DNA of 64,000 nt, from contig OZ244042.1 in NCBI GenBank assembly GCA_965215015.1, forward strand, positions 1,824,001 through 1,888,000, in the 5' to 3' direction. Made by a program: the position numbers and the translations under genes. Below the pieces are notes generated by a model, which ran no database searches, was not told the DNA's origin, and was given only the letters and a program-made list of their open reading frames with translations. Positions within the stretch are counted from its first letter, which is position 1; each line of letters begins with the position of its first letter. Shown here piece after piece: positions 50,224 to 60,757 of this stretch. Source of the stretch: Candidatus Poribacteria bacterium. GTDB lineage: Bacteria > Poribacteria > WGA-4E > PCPOR2b.

Positions 50224-51046
50224 ATGTTTACGCAAATATACCGACCCATCACCGCATTTCTTGTTGTAATAACACTGTTTGGCTTGATTTTAGGTTGTGA
50301 TTCTAATGATGATAATCCAGTTCACGTGGATACCGAACCGCCAGCAATACCACGGGGCGTGAGGAGCATCACCGACGACAATCGGGTGATAGTTGAATGG
50401 TTCCCGAATGGTGAAATCGATCTCGCCGGGTATAAAATCTGGCGCGACGACAATGGGGACGAAGAATTTGAACTAATTGCGGAGGTTTCATCAGATACCT
50501 CTTCCGAGGTCGATAGGTTTAGCTTTGTGGATGAACATGTCATCAATGGGCTTACCTACTCTTATGCTGTTTCTGCCATTGACTACGATAGCAATGAGAG
50601 CGAATTAAGTCCAGAGCAGGTCTTGGATACGCCCCGTCCATCGGGAAATAACATTACCCTGAATGACTTTAACCTGATTCCCAATCGAAGCGGGTTTGAC
50701 TTCTCGCAGCCAGCTAGGGGGGGCCATTACTTGGAATTTACCGGCTACCGATGTCTATTTTGGGTTTGATACGGAGGTCAATGTCCCGTACCTCTATTCA
50801 GATAACTTGACAGAAATGCAGGACATGGGTTACCATGAATACTTTGACGAAGTAGATGTTTCACCCGTGCGAGGCTTCACAACTGAATTTGTTGAGCTTA
50901 TTGCGGGCCATGTGTATACTTTATTAACGCCCGACGGGAACTTTGCTAAGATTCATGTCATTGTTGTTTCCGAGATCGCAATCACTTTTGATTGGGCATA
51001 CCAACTGGATCCGGATAACCCACAGCTCGCACCTCGCCATCCGTGA
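50224..51046 (+). pseudogene. Fibronectin-III-like lipoprotein split by a frameshift at a G7 tract
   Basis: Lipobox ILGC, DTEPPAIP, DLAGYKIWR; coding continues in another frame after GGGGGGG at 50717-50723. Confidence 0.7.
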
Positions 51047-51082
51047 AACCAACCAGCTAAGTAGATAAGGAATCTAATAAAA

Positions 51083-51290
51083 GTCAGCTCCCTTGCCCTG
51101 AAGAACAGGGATTGTTGCCCATCCCGGGACTTACAAGGTTTTCTGTCTCGGCTCGTAACTTTACACGCCCGCCACCGACGACTACAGCAGCTGTTTAGAA
51201 GCAGCCACGGCGTGGCGGTAACATCACCGTTTCGGCTGCCGAGCGAAACCTCAGACAAACAACGCCTTCCAACTACCACGTTGGGAGGAG
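51083..51290 (-). mobile_element. Degenerate IS200/IS605 right-end/reRNA-like remnant
   Basis: Minus strand ends caatccctgttcttcagggcaagggagctGAC, resembling IS605 right-end hairpins; no ORF. Confidence 0.4.
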
Positions 51291-51489
51291 AGCGAAAAAC
51301 GAGCGTTTTTCCTAAGTCATCGAGCGACGAGAGAATTATATCCTATCAACACCTTTTAATCAACAAAAAGGAGGCACAGTAGAGACCCCACAGAGACCTG
51401 ATACTGTTGCACAACATGCCATGCTGATTGAGCCAGGACTATAGCATAACACGCATGGTATTTACGGGGGCTCCGCTGCGAAGATTCTG

Positions 51490-52152
51490 ATGAAAAAGTA
51501 CCTTGTTGCGCTTGTCGCCTTTCTCGCCTTCACAACAGGTTGGAATATTGGATCGGCAGAATCGACTGCCGATGATACAACTATGATTCAATCAGGGACA
51601 CCAGGACGAGCGAATACCAAAGATTCGCCGACCTCCCCGACCTTGACAGGAAACGTCCTCCCCCACGACCCGAATCGCCAACCAGATTCACCAGATTATC
51701 CTCTCTTCCGGCCACACGCGCCAAAGTACTATCCACAGAAAACCGCTCGGACAGCGATACTTCTGTCAGCGACGTTGCCCGGTTTAGGACAAACCTATTC
51801 CGGTCGTCCTGTGAGAGGGTTGGCTTTTCTCGCTGCTGGGATTGGATTGATAGCGGTGGGGGGATTCAATTTGGACCGTGCGGTCAATTACAATGACCTC
51901 TCAAATCGCTTTAACACGGGATTTTACGACCCGCATGGCGACAGCTTTCTAACAGCGGATCAAGGGCGTGTCAAGGCACGAACTCATGTCCAATTTGGAG
52001 TGCTCTTTCTGACGAGTGGGATTGGTATCTATCTCTGGAACATTTTTGATGCAGCCAAAACAGTCAACCAATATAATGAACGAAGATTTCCCGTGCAGGT
52101 GCAACAAAATGTCCATGGAGATACCTATCTAACAGTCAACCGCCGCTTTTAG
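51490..52152 (+). CDS. Exported/membrane protein (DUF5683/TM2-like)
   Basis: Signal peptide; LLSATLPGLGQTY; WNIFDA. Confidence 0.75.
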   Translation: MKKYLVALVAFLAFTTGWNIGSAESTADDTTMIQSGTPGRANTKDSPTSPTLTGNVLPHDPNRQPDSPDYPLFRPHAPKYYPQKTARTAILLSATLPGLGQTYSGRPVRGLAFLAAGIGLIAVGGFNLDRAVNYNDLSNRFNTGFYDPHGDSFLTADQGRVKARTHVQFGVLFLTSGIGIYLWNIFDAAKTVNQYNERRFPVQVQQNVHGDTYLTVNRRF

Positions 52153-52261
52153 CGGGGGTATAAAAGTAGGCAGGTGATAATCCTCGGAGAAGAATCTACC
52201 TGATGATCCGTGATTTTTTTGATGGTAAAACCATCCATCTGTCGCGCATCTCAAACCTCAA

Positions 52262-53056
52262 ATGAACCTTCCGAAGGTTTCATTGAGCAAGGAAGTCTGT
52301 ATTGTGCGAGTTATCCAAATTCTGTTTGTTAGTTGTTTCATCTTTCTGACCTTCTCGCTAGCAATTTCGGCAACCTGCTCGTTGCTTGACACCAAAAATC
52401 TCGATCAGGACCCTATTCAGATTGGCGAGGTACTGACCTACAGCGTCAAGATTAAGGGATTGCCTGCCGGGAGACAGGTGACAAAGGTCGTTGAAAAAAC
52501 GATGCTGGCAAATCAGCCGGTCTATCATTTCAGCTCGGAAAGGCAGACCGGGAGCCTTCTTGGAAAACTTTACCATTTCTACGATCAGACAGAAAGCTAC
52601 GTCACAACCGATCAGCTATACCCACTGAAATATGTTAGAAATTTAGAAGATCAGAAATATCGAGCGCGTGTTGAAATTGAGTTTGACCACGGCGGAGAGA
52701 CCGCGCAATATACCAAAAACCTGAGTAACAAGGCTCTGGACATCCCAATCGGCACACAGGATGATCTGTCAATGGTTTACTTCCTGCGTTCAAAGAAGTT
52801 GCAGGTCGGCCACACCTACAGATTTCCAGTGATAGTCAAGGATAAATGCGAACATGTTACCCTTGAAATCTACCGTCGTGAAATAATAAAAACCAAAGCA
52901 TTGGGACGCGTGGAAACATTGGTACTACGCACCTCGCATGGCTATCTGATGTGGCTCACAAACGATGAACGCCGTATTCCCGTCAGAATTGAAGCCGAGA
53001 CACCCCGTATCGGCAAACTAGTCGGTGTATTGGAGAAAATTGATTTTCTGGATTAG
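52262..53056 (+). CDS. DUF3108 domain protein
   Basis: GEVLTYSV, QDDLSMVYFLRS, WLTNDERRIPVRI. Confidence 0.8.
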   Translation: MNLPKVSLSKEVCIVRVIQILFVSCFIFLTFSLAISATCSLLDTKNLDQDPIQIGEVLTYSVKIKGLPAGRQVTKVVEKTMLANQPVYHFSSERQTGSLLGKLYHFYDQTESYVTTDQLYPLKYVRNLEDQKYRARVEIEFDHGGETAQYTKNLSNKALDIPIGTQDDLSMVYFLRSKKLQVGHTYRFPVIVKDKCEHVTLEIYRREIIKTKALGRVETLVLRTSHGYLMWLTNDERRIPVRIEAETPRIGKLVGVLEKIDFLD

Positions 53057-53065
53057 AGAAGGAAC

Positions 53066-56000
53066 GTGATAGATCTTCTGCGGCAGTCAAACGCCTATCA
53101 ATCGCTTGTTAAAACCCTGACCGCTCAGTTTTCAGGGGTGGAGTGTGCCCCGATCTCGTCAAATCAACAAATAGATCGCCCAAGACCTTGGTTGCGCGGC
53201 CTGCATGAGGCATCTACCGCTTATCTGCTCAGCGCATTGGCAGCCGATTTTCCCGACAAATCCTTTCTTGTCGTCCTCCCCACCCAGCACGAAGCTGAGA
53301 AAATCATCCAAGACTTACCTGCCTATCATTTTGATGGGGGCAATCTCTTTCCGCAATGGCAGAATTTCCTTTACGACGGTATTTCTCCAACAAAAAATGT
53401 CGTTGCAGAACGACTCATCTGTTTGTACCAATTGTTGAAAGGAGATCGTGCATTCATTGTCACATCGATTCATGCTTTGATGCATAAAATTCTGCCCCAA
53501 TCCCTTGTAGAATCCGCTTTCATGACCCTCCGCATCGGTGATGAAATCGCCCCCGACAAGGTGGTCGAGCAACTGCTACGCAACGGTTATCAACGCGTAG
53601 ACCTCGTAGAGGTTAAGGGAGAGTTAGCCCGTCGCGGGGACATTTTGGATCTTTATCCGTTGACCACTGATGCACCCATCCGAATTGAGTTTTTTGGCGA
53701 CGAGATAGATGCTATTCGAGCGTTCAATCCTGCTTCACAGCGTTCTGTTTCCGACGAAGGTGATGATGAACAAGGAGCAATTACGCTGTGTCCGGTTCGA
53801 GAAATTATCCTGTCCCCTAAAACCCTTGATCACTGGAAAACCCGAGCAGAGATACTGATTCAAAACAACGAATCCCCCAAGTACCGAAACGCGATTAACG
53901 AAATCACACACCGTCTCGAAACAGAAACAAATCCAGAAGGACTGGAAGCCTTGCTGCCAATGTTATATGAAGATACCAGCATCCTCACGGATTATCTAAC
54001 CCCACAGACCGTCGTTCTTCTGATTGAGCCAAATTGGATGGCGCGTGAGGGAAGAAAGCTCATCGAAGATACGAAAGATCTTTATGAACGAAAACTAGCA
54101 TTTGATCAGTTTATGGTGTCACCGGATGAGACATTTGTGTCGTTTGAATCAGTAATCTCTGCCTTGCAGACGTATCCTCTCGTTCGAACGTCGTTGACCC
54201 CGCCCGGACTCAACACGGAGGAACAGGTTGAAGAAATTGCTTTCGGTATGCGGCCGCTCGGTCTGCCGCGGAGTAACTATCGGATGGTTATGGATCAGAT
54301 TAAAGGATGGACCGATGAAGGCTATTTCGTCAATTTCCTCTGTGATAATCCAAAGAGCGCAGACCGGCTACATAACATCTTGGCAGATCGAAACTTACCC
54401 GCAACCCAGACGACGGTGAACATCGGCAGCATCAGTGAAGGATTTATCAGTGAAACTCTCAAGTTTATTACCTTGTCCGAAGATGAGTTGTTTGGGCGTG
54501 AGCATCGCCGACACCGAAAGACCGCCTTCAAGGAAGGCACCCCTATCCTGAGTTTAATTGATCTCAAGGAAAAGGATTATGTGGTGCATGTCTCTCACGG
54601 AATCGGTCGCTACGTAGGGATTCGGCGCCTTGATATTGATGGCAAGCCACAGGACTTTCTCGTAATAGATTATGCAGACGGGGGTAGACTATATGTCCCG
54701 ACCTATCAAATCGATCTCGTCCAGAAGTATATTGGCGGGCAAGAAGACGGAAAGTTACGGCTGGATAAACTCGGTGGAACGTCATGGGAACGGGTCAAAG
54801 CTAAAGTAAAAGCCTCCATAGAGCAGATGGCGACGGAATTACTGGAACTGTATGCAATCCGTGAATCCCGTGAGGGCTATGCTTTTCCAGTAGATACTCC
54901 TTGGCAGAAGGATTTTGAGGTGCTGTTTCCTTATCAGGAAACCCCGGATCAGCAGAAGGCGATTGAGGAGGTCAAGCAGGATATGGAATGCCTTCAGCCC
55001 ATGGATCGGTTGATTTGCGGGGACGTTGGATACGGAAAAACAGAGGTGGCACTTCGTGCGGCGTTCAAGTCAGTAATGGCAGGAAAACAGGTCGCCCTCC
55101 TGGCACCAACCACAATTCTCACGCTACAACACTTTAATACGTTCCAGCAGCGGTTTGACCCTTTTCCCGTTCAGGTCGAAATGCTGAATCGCTTCCGAAC
55201 CGATAAGGAAGCGAAGAGGGTGGTCGAGGGATTGGCAAATGGTACGGTTGATATCGTTATCGGCACCCACGCCTTGCTTTCAAACAACATTAAGTTCCGC
55301 GAACTCGGTTTGCTTGTGGTTGACGAGGAACATCGTTTCGGGGTGAAGCACAAAGAAAAAATTAAACAGATGAAGCAGACGGTTGATGTATTAACCTTGA
55401 CAGCGACACCGATTCCGCGTACACTCCATATGTCTCTCGTCGGCATCCGCGACTTCAGTGTAATCAATACACCCCCGGAAAATCGTCTGCCAATCGAAAC
55501 TTATGTCATGGAGTATAATCCCGATGTGGTTCGAGATGCAATTTTGCGCGAGATGGAACGCGGAGGACAGATCTTCTTTGTTCACAACCGTGTCCAAAGT
55601 ATAGCGAGCATCGCCGCTGCAATCCAAGATCTCGTGCCACTCGCTCGGGTCTGCATGGCACATGGGCAAATGCCTGAACGCCAACTAGAAAAGGTGATGA
55701 TGGAGTTCATCAACCACAAATACGACGTTCTGGTTTGTACCATGATCATCGAGTCCGGGGTGGATATCCCAACCGTCAACACAATTCTGATTAATCGGGC
55801 AGATGCGTTTGGGTTAGCCCAACTTTACCAGTTACGCGGGCGAGTCGGGCGCGATCAGTATCAGGCTTACGGCTACCTTTTCTACCCACCCGGTCGGGCA
55901 ATTACGGAAGGTGCTCAAAAACGGCTGCGGGTCATCGAAGAGTTCACTGACCTCGGCTCTGGGTTCAAGATTGCCCTCCGTGACCTTGAGATTCGGGGCA

Positions 56001-56554
56001 CCGGCAACATTCTTGGTTCCGAGCAGCACGGTCATATCACCGCTGTCGGTTACGACATGTACTGCAAACTCCTTGAGGAAGCGGTACAAAAACTCAAGGG
56101 CGAGGAGGTCGAAGAAAGGGTTGAAACACGGATTAACCTCCCTATTGAAGCCTACCTACCCGATGAATACGTCCCTGACAGCCGGCAAAAGGTGGCACTT
56201 TACAAAAAAATTGCTGCCCTAGAAACAGAAGTAGATCGAAAAGAACTTGAAGAGGAAATCGTTGACCGATACGGAAAAATCCCTGAGCCGGTTGAGATGC
56301 TCCTCGAAATTGCCGACTTGAAACAACTCAGTCAACAGCTAGGGGTTGATAGAATCGTCGCAGGCTTGGAAAGCATCAAAATCACATTTGATGAAGCAAA
56401 AACAAGCGTCGATCCTCGTAAGTTGATTCGACTTATCGAACAGGATCGGCGCGTCTCGCTTACACCCCCTGCACGTATGGCGGTCCGTATGACAGGCTTG
56501 GAGGGAAAAACACTCTTGCTTGCACTCAAGCGTATCCTTGGGAAATTAATGTGA
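53066..56554 (+). CDS. mfd: Transcription-repair coupling factor
   Basis: RGDILD, VVHVSHGIGRY, CGDVGYGKTEVA, DEEHRFGV, QLRGRVGR, DLEIRGTG. Confidence 0.98.
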   Translation: MIDLLRQSNAYQSLVKTLTAQFSGVECAPISSNQQIDRPRPWLRGLHEASTAYLLSALAADFPDKSFLVVLPTQHEAEKIIQDLPAYHFDGGNLFPQWQNFLYDGISPTKNVVAERLICLYQLLKGDRAFIVTSIHALMHKILPQSLVESAFMTLRIGDEIAPDKVVEQLLRNGYQRVDLVEVKGELARRGDILDLYPLTTDAPIRIEFFGDEIDAIRAFNPASQRSVSDEGDDEQGAITLCPVREIILSPKTLDHWKTRAEILIQNNESPKYRNAINEITHRLETETNPEGLEALLPMLYEDTSILTDYLTPQTVVLLIEPNWMAREGRKLIEDTKDLYERKLAFDQFMVSPDETFVSFESVISALQTYPLVRTSLTPPGLNTEEQVEEIAFGMRPLGLPRSNYRMVMDQIKGWTDEGYFVNFLCDNPKSADRLHNILADRNLPATQTTVNIGSISEGFISETLKFITLSEDELFGREHRRHRKTAFKEGTPILSLIDLKEKDYVVHVSHGIGRYVGIRRLDIDGKPQDFLVIDYADGGRLYVPTYQIDLVQKYIGGQEDGKLRLDKLGGTSWERVKAKVKASIEQMATELLELYAIRESREGYAFPVDTPWQKDFEVLFPYQETPDQQKAIEEVKQDMECLQPMDRLICGDVGYGKTEVALRAAFKSVMAGKQVALLAPTTILTLQHFNTFQQRFDPFPVQVEMLNRFRTDKEAKRVVEGLANGTVDIVIGTHALLSNNIKFRELGLLVVDEEHRFGVKHKEKIKQMKQTVDVLTLTATPIPRTLHMSLVGIRDFSVINTPPENRLPIETYVMEYNPDVVRDAILREMERGGQIFFVHNRVQSIASIAAAIQDLVPLARVCMAHGQMPERQLEKVMMEFINHKYDVLVCTMIIESGVDIPTVNTILINRADAFGLAQLYQLRGRVGRDQYQAYGYLFYPPGRAITEGAQKRLRVIEEFTDLGSGFKIALRDLEIRGTGNILGSEQHGHITAVGYDMYCKLLEEAVQKLKGEEVEERVETRINLPIEAYLPDEYVPDSRQKVALYKKIAALETEVDRKELEEEIVDRYGKIPEPVEMLLEIADLKQLSQQLGVDRIVAGLESIKITFDEAKTSVDPRKLIRLIEQDRRVSLTPPARMAVRMTGLEGKTLLLALKRILGKLM

Positions 56555-56689
56555 GGTGTGAGTAAAGCCTGATGCGTATTACATAACACTGTTTGTGGGC
56601 ATACATATCTTGTTAACAATATGGGTGTACCACCAACCGCGAAGGCAATGTCTTCGCATTCCATACCAATCAAAAAGGAGCAATACACA

Positions 56690-57652
56690 ATGAAAAAAAT
56701 ATTGATAATTTTCGTCGTTATTATGGCGATCGGTTTAAGCAGCTGGCAGATTGTTCAATCGCAAGACGTTGTTGGGCCAATGGATGAACATCAGATTATT
56801 GTGGCTCAATACGAATGGAACGGCACTCATGAGATTTCGCTTGCAACACTTAATGCGGAAATTGCAGCACTGCCGGCACATAAACAGAAAGGCTACCAGT
56901 CCAAAGCTGGTAAGCTCATATTTCTGGAGGACTTCATCAACCAAAAACTAATGTTCCTCGCAGCTGCTGAGAAAGGGTTCGATAAAAATGAGGAGCTCTT
57001 AAAAAAAGGCGATGACTATAAGGATCAGTTAATGGTCGAACGCTTGACCGAAATTGAAGTCGATGAGAAAATTGTCATCACCGAGGACGCGCTTCGGCAG
57101 TATTATGAGGAAAATAAAGATACGTATGTAGATAAGGAAAAAGTGCGGGCAACTTGCATCACTGTATTCGATAAAGAGCTCGCACAAGCAACGCTAAAGG
57201 AGATTCAAGCCGGCAAAGACATCCTTGATGCGGCGAAAGAACTTGGGGAAAAAAAGGTACTGACTGGACCAGGCTCAAATCCGGGTGATCCGGGTGACAC
57301 CGGCTTCTTTACGCGAGATATTTCTGCACGTGCACAGGCGTTTGTTGACGCGGCCTTTGCTATGGAAGTCGGCGAAATGACCGAGGAGGTTTTTGAGCAG
57401 GAGGTTGAGGATGCTACCTATTATATGATCTTCCGAAAGGAAGAACATCAACCAGAACGCCAGCAGACCTTTGAAGAGGTCAAGCCTCGACTTGAGTATC
57501 CCCTAAAACGTGAGATGAAGCGGACTCGCATCCTAAAATGGTTAGAAGAGCTTACTGCACAAGCTGAACTCAAAACGTATCCAGAACTGCTTCCTCCGCC
57601 CGTGGTACCCGAAGAGGAAGAAGATCCAGAAAATGAAGAATCTGAGCAGTAA
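56690..57652 (+). CDS. PrsA/SurA-like parvulin peptidyl-prolyl isomerase
   Basis: Signal peptide, SurA-N-like helices, GDTGFF, FVDAAFAMEVGE. Confidence 0.82.
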   Translation: MKKILIIFVVIMAIGLSSWQIVQSQDVVGPMDEHQIIVAQYEWNGTHEISLATLNAEIAALPAHKQKGYQSKAGKLIFLEDFINQKLMFLAAAEKGFDKNEELLKKGDDYKDQLMVERLTEIEVDEKIVITEDALRQYYEENKDTYVDKEKVRATCITVFDKELAQATLKEIQAGKDILDAAKELGEKKVLTGPGSNPGDPGDTGFFTRDISARAQAFVDAAFAMEVGEMTEEVFEQEVEDATYYMIFRKEEHQPERQQTFEEVKPRLEYPLKREMKRTRILKWLEELTAQAELKTYPELLPPPVVPEEEEDPENEESEQ

Positions 57653-57756
57653 GAGAATACAAAATTGGATAGATCTATCGTGTTCAGAAATTGGTTGACA
57701 AATGGGTGGCGAAGTCGAATAAGTGTATATCACGCAAAATTTAAGGAGGTATAACT

Positions 57757-58749
57757 GTGAAACTATTGGGAATTATTGGTTTTATCTTAATCGGTGTTGT
57801 TGCTGTTAGTATTTCTTTGAACGGGTGTGGCGGAAAAGCCGGAGCTGAAGGCACTGTGATTGCTGAATTTGAATGGAATGGAAAACACTACGTCACGCTC
57901 GAAGAGATGCTACAGGAGATAAGCGAACTTCCTACGTATAAACAACAACAGTACCAAGAAGTAGAAGGCGGGTTTGAGGAATATATGAACCTGATGGCGG
58001 AGAGCCGACTCATACTTTGCCTGGCCAAAGACCGAAAGCTGGATGAGGATGCCGGGGTTCGGAAAAAGGTGCAAGATTATTACCATGAGTTACTCGTTGA
58101 CAGAATTACGGAAATTGAAGTCGATCAGAAACTTAAACTGACCGAGGAAGATTACCGTATTTATTATGAAGAAAATAAAAGTGATTATGTGGTGCCGGAA
58201 CAGGTGCGACTCACCTGTATAACCCTTACAAATGAGGAACGATCGAAGGCGGTCTTTGAACGAATCAAGGGGGGCGAAGACATTGTTGCCATTGCAAAGG
58301 AGCTACAAGGAAACAACGAGTTAGTCGGACCGGGAGCAAATAACGAACTCCCCGGCGACACCGGATTGTTCGATAACAAGGTATATTCTCGACGCGCAAA
58401 GGCGTTTAGCGATGCGGCGTTTGCACTGGAAGTGGGTCAAATGAACGAGGAGATTCTCCATATCGAACTTGATGGCGAGAACTATTACCTAATCTTTCGT
58501 AAGGAGGAGGTCCAGCCGGAACGTCAACAAACACTTGAAGAAAACAGTGTACGACGCAATGTGGAAAGACAAGTAGAGCATCAGAAGCGTGAAGAACTTA
58601 TGACCGATTGGCTGATCCGACTCCATGAACAAGCGGAGGTCAAAACCTTTGCAGAGCGAATCCCCGACACGCCAGAGCCAGAGGAGGAAGTAGAAAGTGA
58701 ATCGTCCGATGAGGGTGAGGCCTCCGCTGAACCTGAAGCCGAACCTTAG
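57757..58749 (+). CDS. PrsA-like parvulin lipoprotein (paralog of the upstream gene)
   Basis: Lipobox LNGC; EWNG, EIEVD, GDTG and YY.IFRKEE shared with 56690-57652. Confidence 0.82.
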   Translation: MKLLGIIGFILIGVVAVSISLNGCGGKAGAEGTVIAEFEWNGKHYVTLEEMLQEISELPTYKQQQYQEVEGGFEEYMNLMAESRLILCLAKDRKLDEDAGVRKKVQDYYHELLVDRITEIEVDQKLKLTEEDYRIYYEENKSDYVVPEQVRLTCITLTNEERSKAVFERIKGGEDIVAIAKELQGNNELVGPGANNELPGDTGLFDNKVYSRRAKAFSDAAFALEVGQMNEEILHIELDGENYYLIFRKEEVQPERQQTLEENSVRRNVERQVEHQKREELMTDWLIRLHEQAEVKTFAERIPDTPEPEEEVESESSDEGEASAEPEAEP

Positions 58750-58752
58750 AAA

Positions 58753-58965
58753 TTAACGTACTCCCAAACCTAAAGGATTGGGAGTCTAGGATTGTTAGTG
58801 TGCCGCTAACAAGTGTCCCATTGCTATAGGAGTGGAATTAGGGTATCAACGACTCTTGCGAGCCAAAACCCGTTTGACGGTGTCTCCTCCAATGGACAAA
58901 TTCTTAAAAAAAACGCTAAAGCGCATGGGTGTATCCCCAAGATAAATCTTGGGATTTTACATAAA
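58753..58965 (-). mobile_element. Non-coding IS200/IS605 miniature element (left-end hairpin + reRNA/right end)
   Basis: Minus strand cgttgat...aattccactccta...gggaca...caatcctttaggtttgggagtacgTTAA matches 40202-40273; hairpin cccaagataaatcttggg near the other end. Confidence 0.75.
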
Positions 58966-59010
58966 GGATTTTTGATAAAACTTTGAATTAGGAAGGAGGC
59001 ATACTCCTAA

Positions 59011-60300
59011 ATGAAAATGTTTCGTTTCTGTACCCTGATTCTATTGACTGTCTATTTTGGAATCAATCCTGCCGCTGCACGAAGATTCGATCAGATTATC
59101 GCTTATGTCAACAATGACGTAATCACCAAATGGGAGCTCGACAGCGTCGTGAGTCAAAAAGCGATGGAGCTCCAGCAAGTTTATCGGTTCAGTGAACGTG
59201 AAGCGATGCAAAAGGCAGAGCAAGAACGAGCTGTGCTCCTCGATCAATTAATTCGCCAGATGCTTCTCGTCGAAGCAGCGTTAACGCTAAAAATCGAGAT
59301 CACAGAGGCTGAAGTGGAGCAATATCTGCAAAACTTCAAAGACCAGTACAAGATCGAGACCGAAGCGGAGCTTGCTCAAGCGTTAAAGAAAGAAGGATAT
59401 ACCCTGATGTCTTTCCGTGAACAAGCTAAACGCAATCTGATGGCAGAACGACTCGTAATGCAACGTATCCTTCCTAGACTCCAAATCCGGGACTCGGATG
59501 TGCAGAAGTTCTTTGAAGAAAACCGCTCGCAATTGCCAACTAAAATAGACAGAGTCCATCTTCGGCACATCTTTGTTGCTTTCAAGCCGAGCGAGACAGA
59601 TCGCAAGCTAGCCCTTGACAAAATCGACACCATTCTTCAGGAATTAAAGGCTGGGAAGGATTTTGAGAGACTCGCGCAACGCTATGCTAGCGATGAAGGA
59701 AGAAAGGCAGGGATTGGACTATTAAACGAACTACCGACTGCGGAGATGGACAACCTCTCCCCTACCTTCCGTGATACACTTGCGGCACTCAATGCCGGTG
59801 AGACCAGCGAGCCAGTTGAAGGTAATGATGGGTTTTATCTTTTTAAAGTTGAGCGTAAAGATGATCAGACCATCGCTTTTCGTCATTTGGTTGTCAGTCT
59901 GAAGCCGAGTGAGGAGGCGATGGAAGCTGCTTATGAACGCACTGATAGTCTCCTCCGACAGCTAAACCAAGGTGAAGACTTCAACATGCTCGCCCGACAA
60001 TACTCCGACGATTCACAGACGAAAGCCAACGGTGGTGATCTCGGGGTCCGTTCACTCAGTGAGCTAAATCCCGACACTCGGGAAATTATCGAAGGGCTTT
60101 CTATCGGAGCGCATAGTGCGCCGGTCAAAACAACGTATGGCACGCATATTTTCAAAATCGATAGCCGTACTGCCCCCGAATTGGGCGATGCTGAAAAAGA
60201 CCAGGTCCGAATAATGCTGCGTCAGCAAAAATTTCAAGAGGAATGGCAACTTTACACGGATCTACTCAAGGAAAATTCCTTCATAAAAATTAGGGAATAA
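59011..60300 (+). CDS. surA: SurA-like chaperone with two parvulin domains
   Basis: DQIIAYVNNDVIT, VHLRHIFV, FERLAQRY, FNMLARQYSDD...GGDLG, YGTHIFKI. Confidence 0.85.
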   Translation: MKMFRFCTLILLTVYFGINPAAARRFDQIIAYVNNDVITKWELDSVVSQKAMELQQVYRFSEREAMQKAEQERAVLLDQLIRQMLLVEAALTLKIEITEAEVEQYLQNFKDQYKIETEAELAQALKKEGYTLMSFREQAKRNLMAERLVMQRILPRLQIRDSDVQKFFEENRSQLPTKIDRVHLRHIFVAFKPSETDRKLALDKIDTILQELKAGKDFERLAQRYASDEGRKAGIGLLNELPTAEMDNLSPTFRDTLAALNAGETSEPVEGNDGFYLFKVERKDDQTIAFRHLVVSLKPSEEAMEAAYERTDSLLRQLNQGEDFNMLARQYSDDSQTKANGGDLGVRSLSELNPDTREIIEGLSIGAHSAPVKTTYGTHIFKIDSRTAPELGDAEKDQVRIMLRQQKFQEEWQLYTDLLKENSFIKIRE

Positions 60301-60346
60301 GTCGTTACTGGCCTTTAATAAAACGCAGGAACGCCAGGGGGCTAAG

Positions 60347-60544
60347 ACGCCTGGACGCTCAGAAAATCGAGACAATAAGAAAACGAGCAAACCGGCTTCC
60401 CTGCGTCAGGGAAGGGGGGCTTCATCCCGAATGATTTCAACACCGGCCTGTGAAGCTTTGTCTAACAGGCGTTGTAAAGTCGATCGGAAAGCAGAAAAAA
60501 ATCTTTATTCACTTTTTTTGCTTTGTGTCCTAGCGTCCAAGCGT
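60347..60544. repeat. Possible MITE with 13-bp imperfect inverted ends
   Basis: acgcctggacgct ... agcgtccaagcgt (12/13 match). Confidence 0.35.
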
Positions 60545-60757
60545 TAAATTCAGACGCGTGAACCGGCGCAGAAGACTGAAGATCTTCGTGAATCTATGAT
60601 GCGGTAAGCATTCCCTGTGGAGGGCAACCGAATCAGAACTGGCACCCCCGCTTGCGGGGGACTGAGGGGGTAGGTCTTGTGCCTGCTCAAAGCGGACAAC
60701 CACAAAGGTTGCTGCTCTTGAATAGTTGGTTTCACAGCGTAACAGAGGAAAGGTAGG

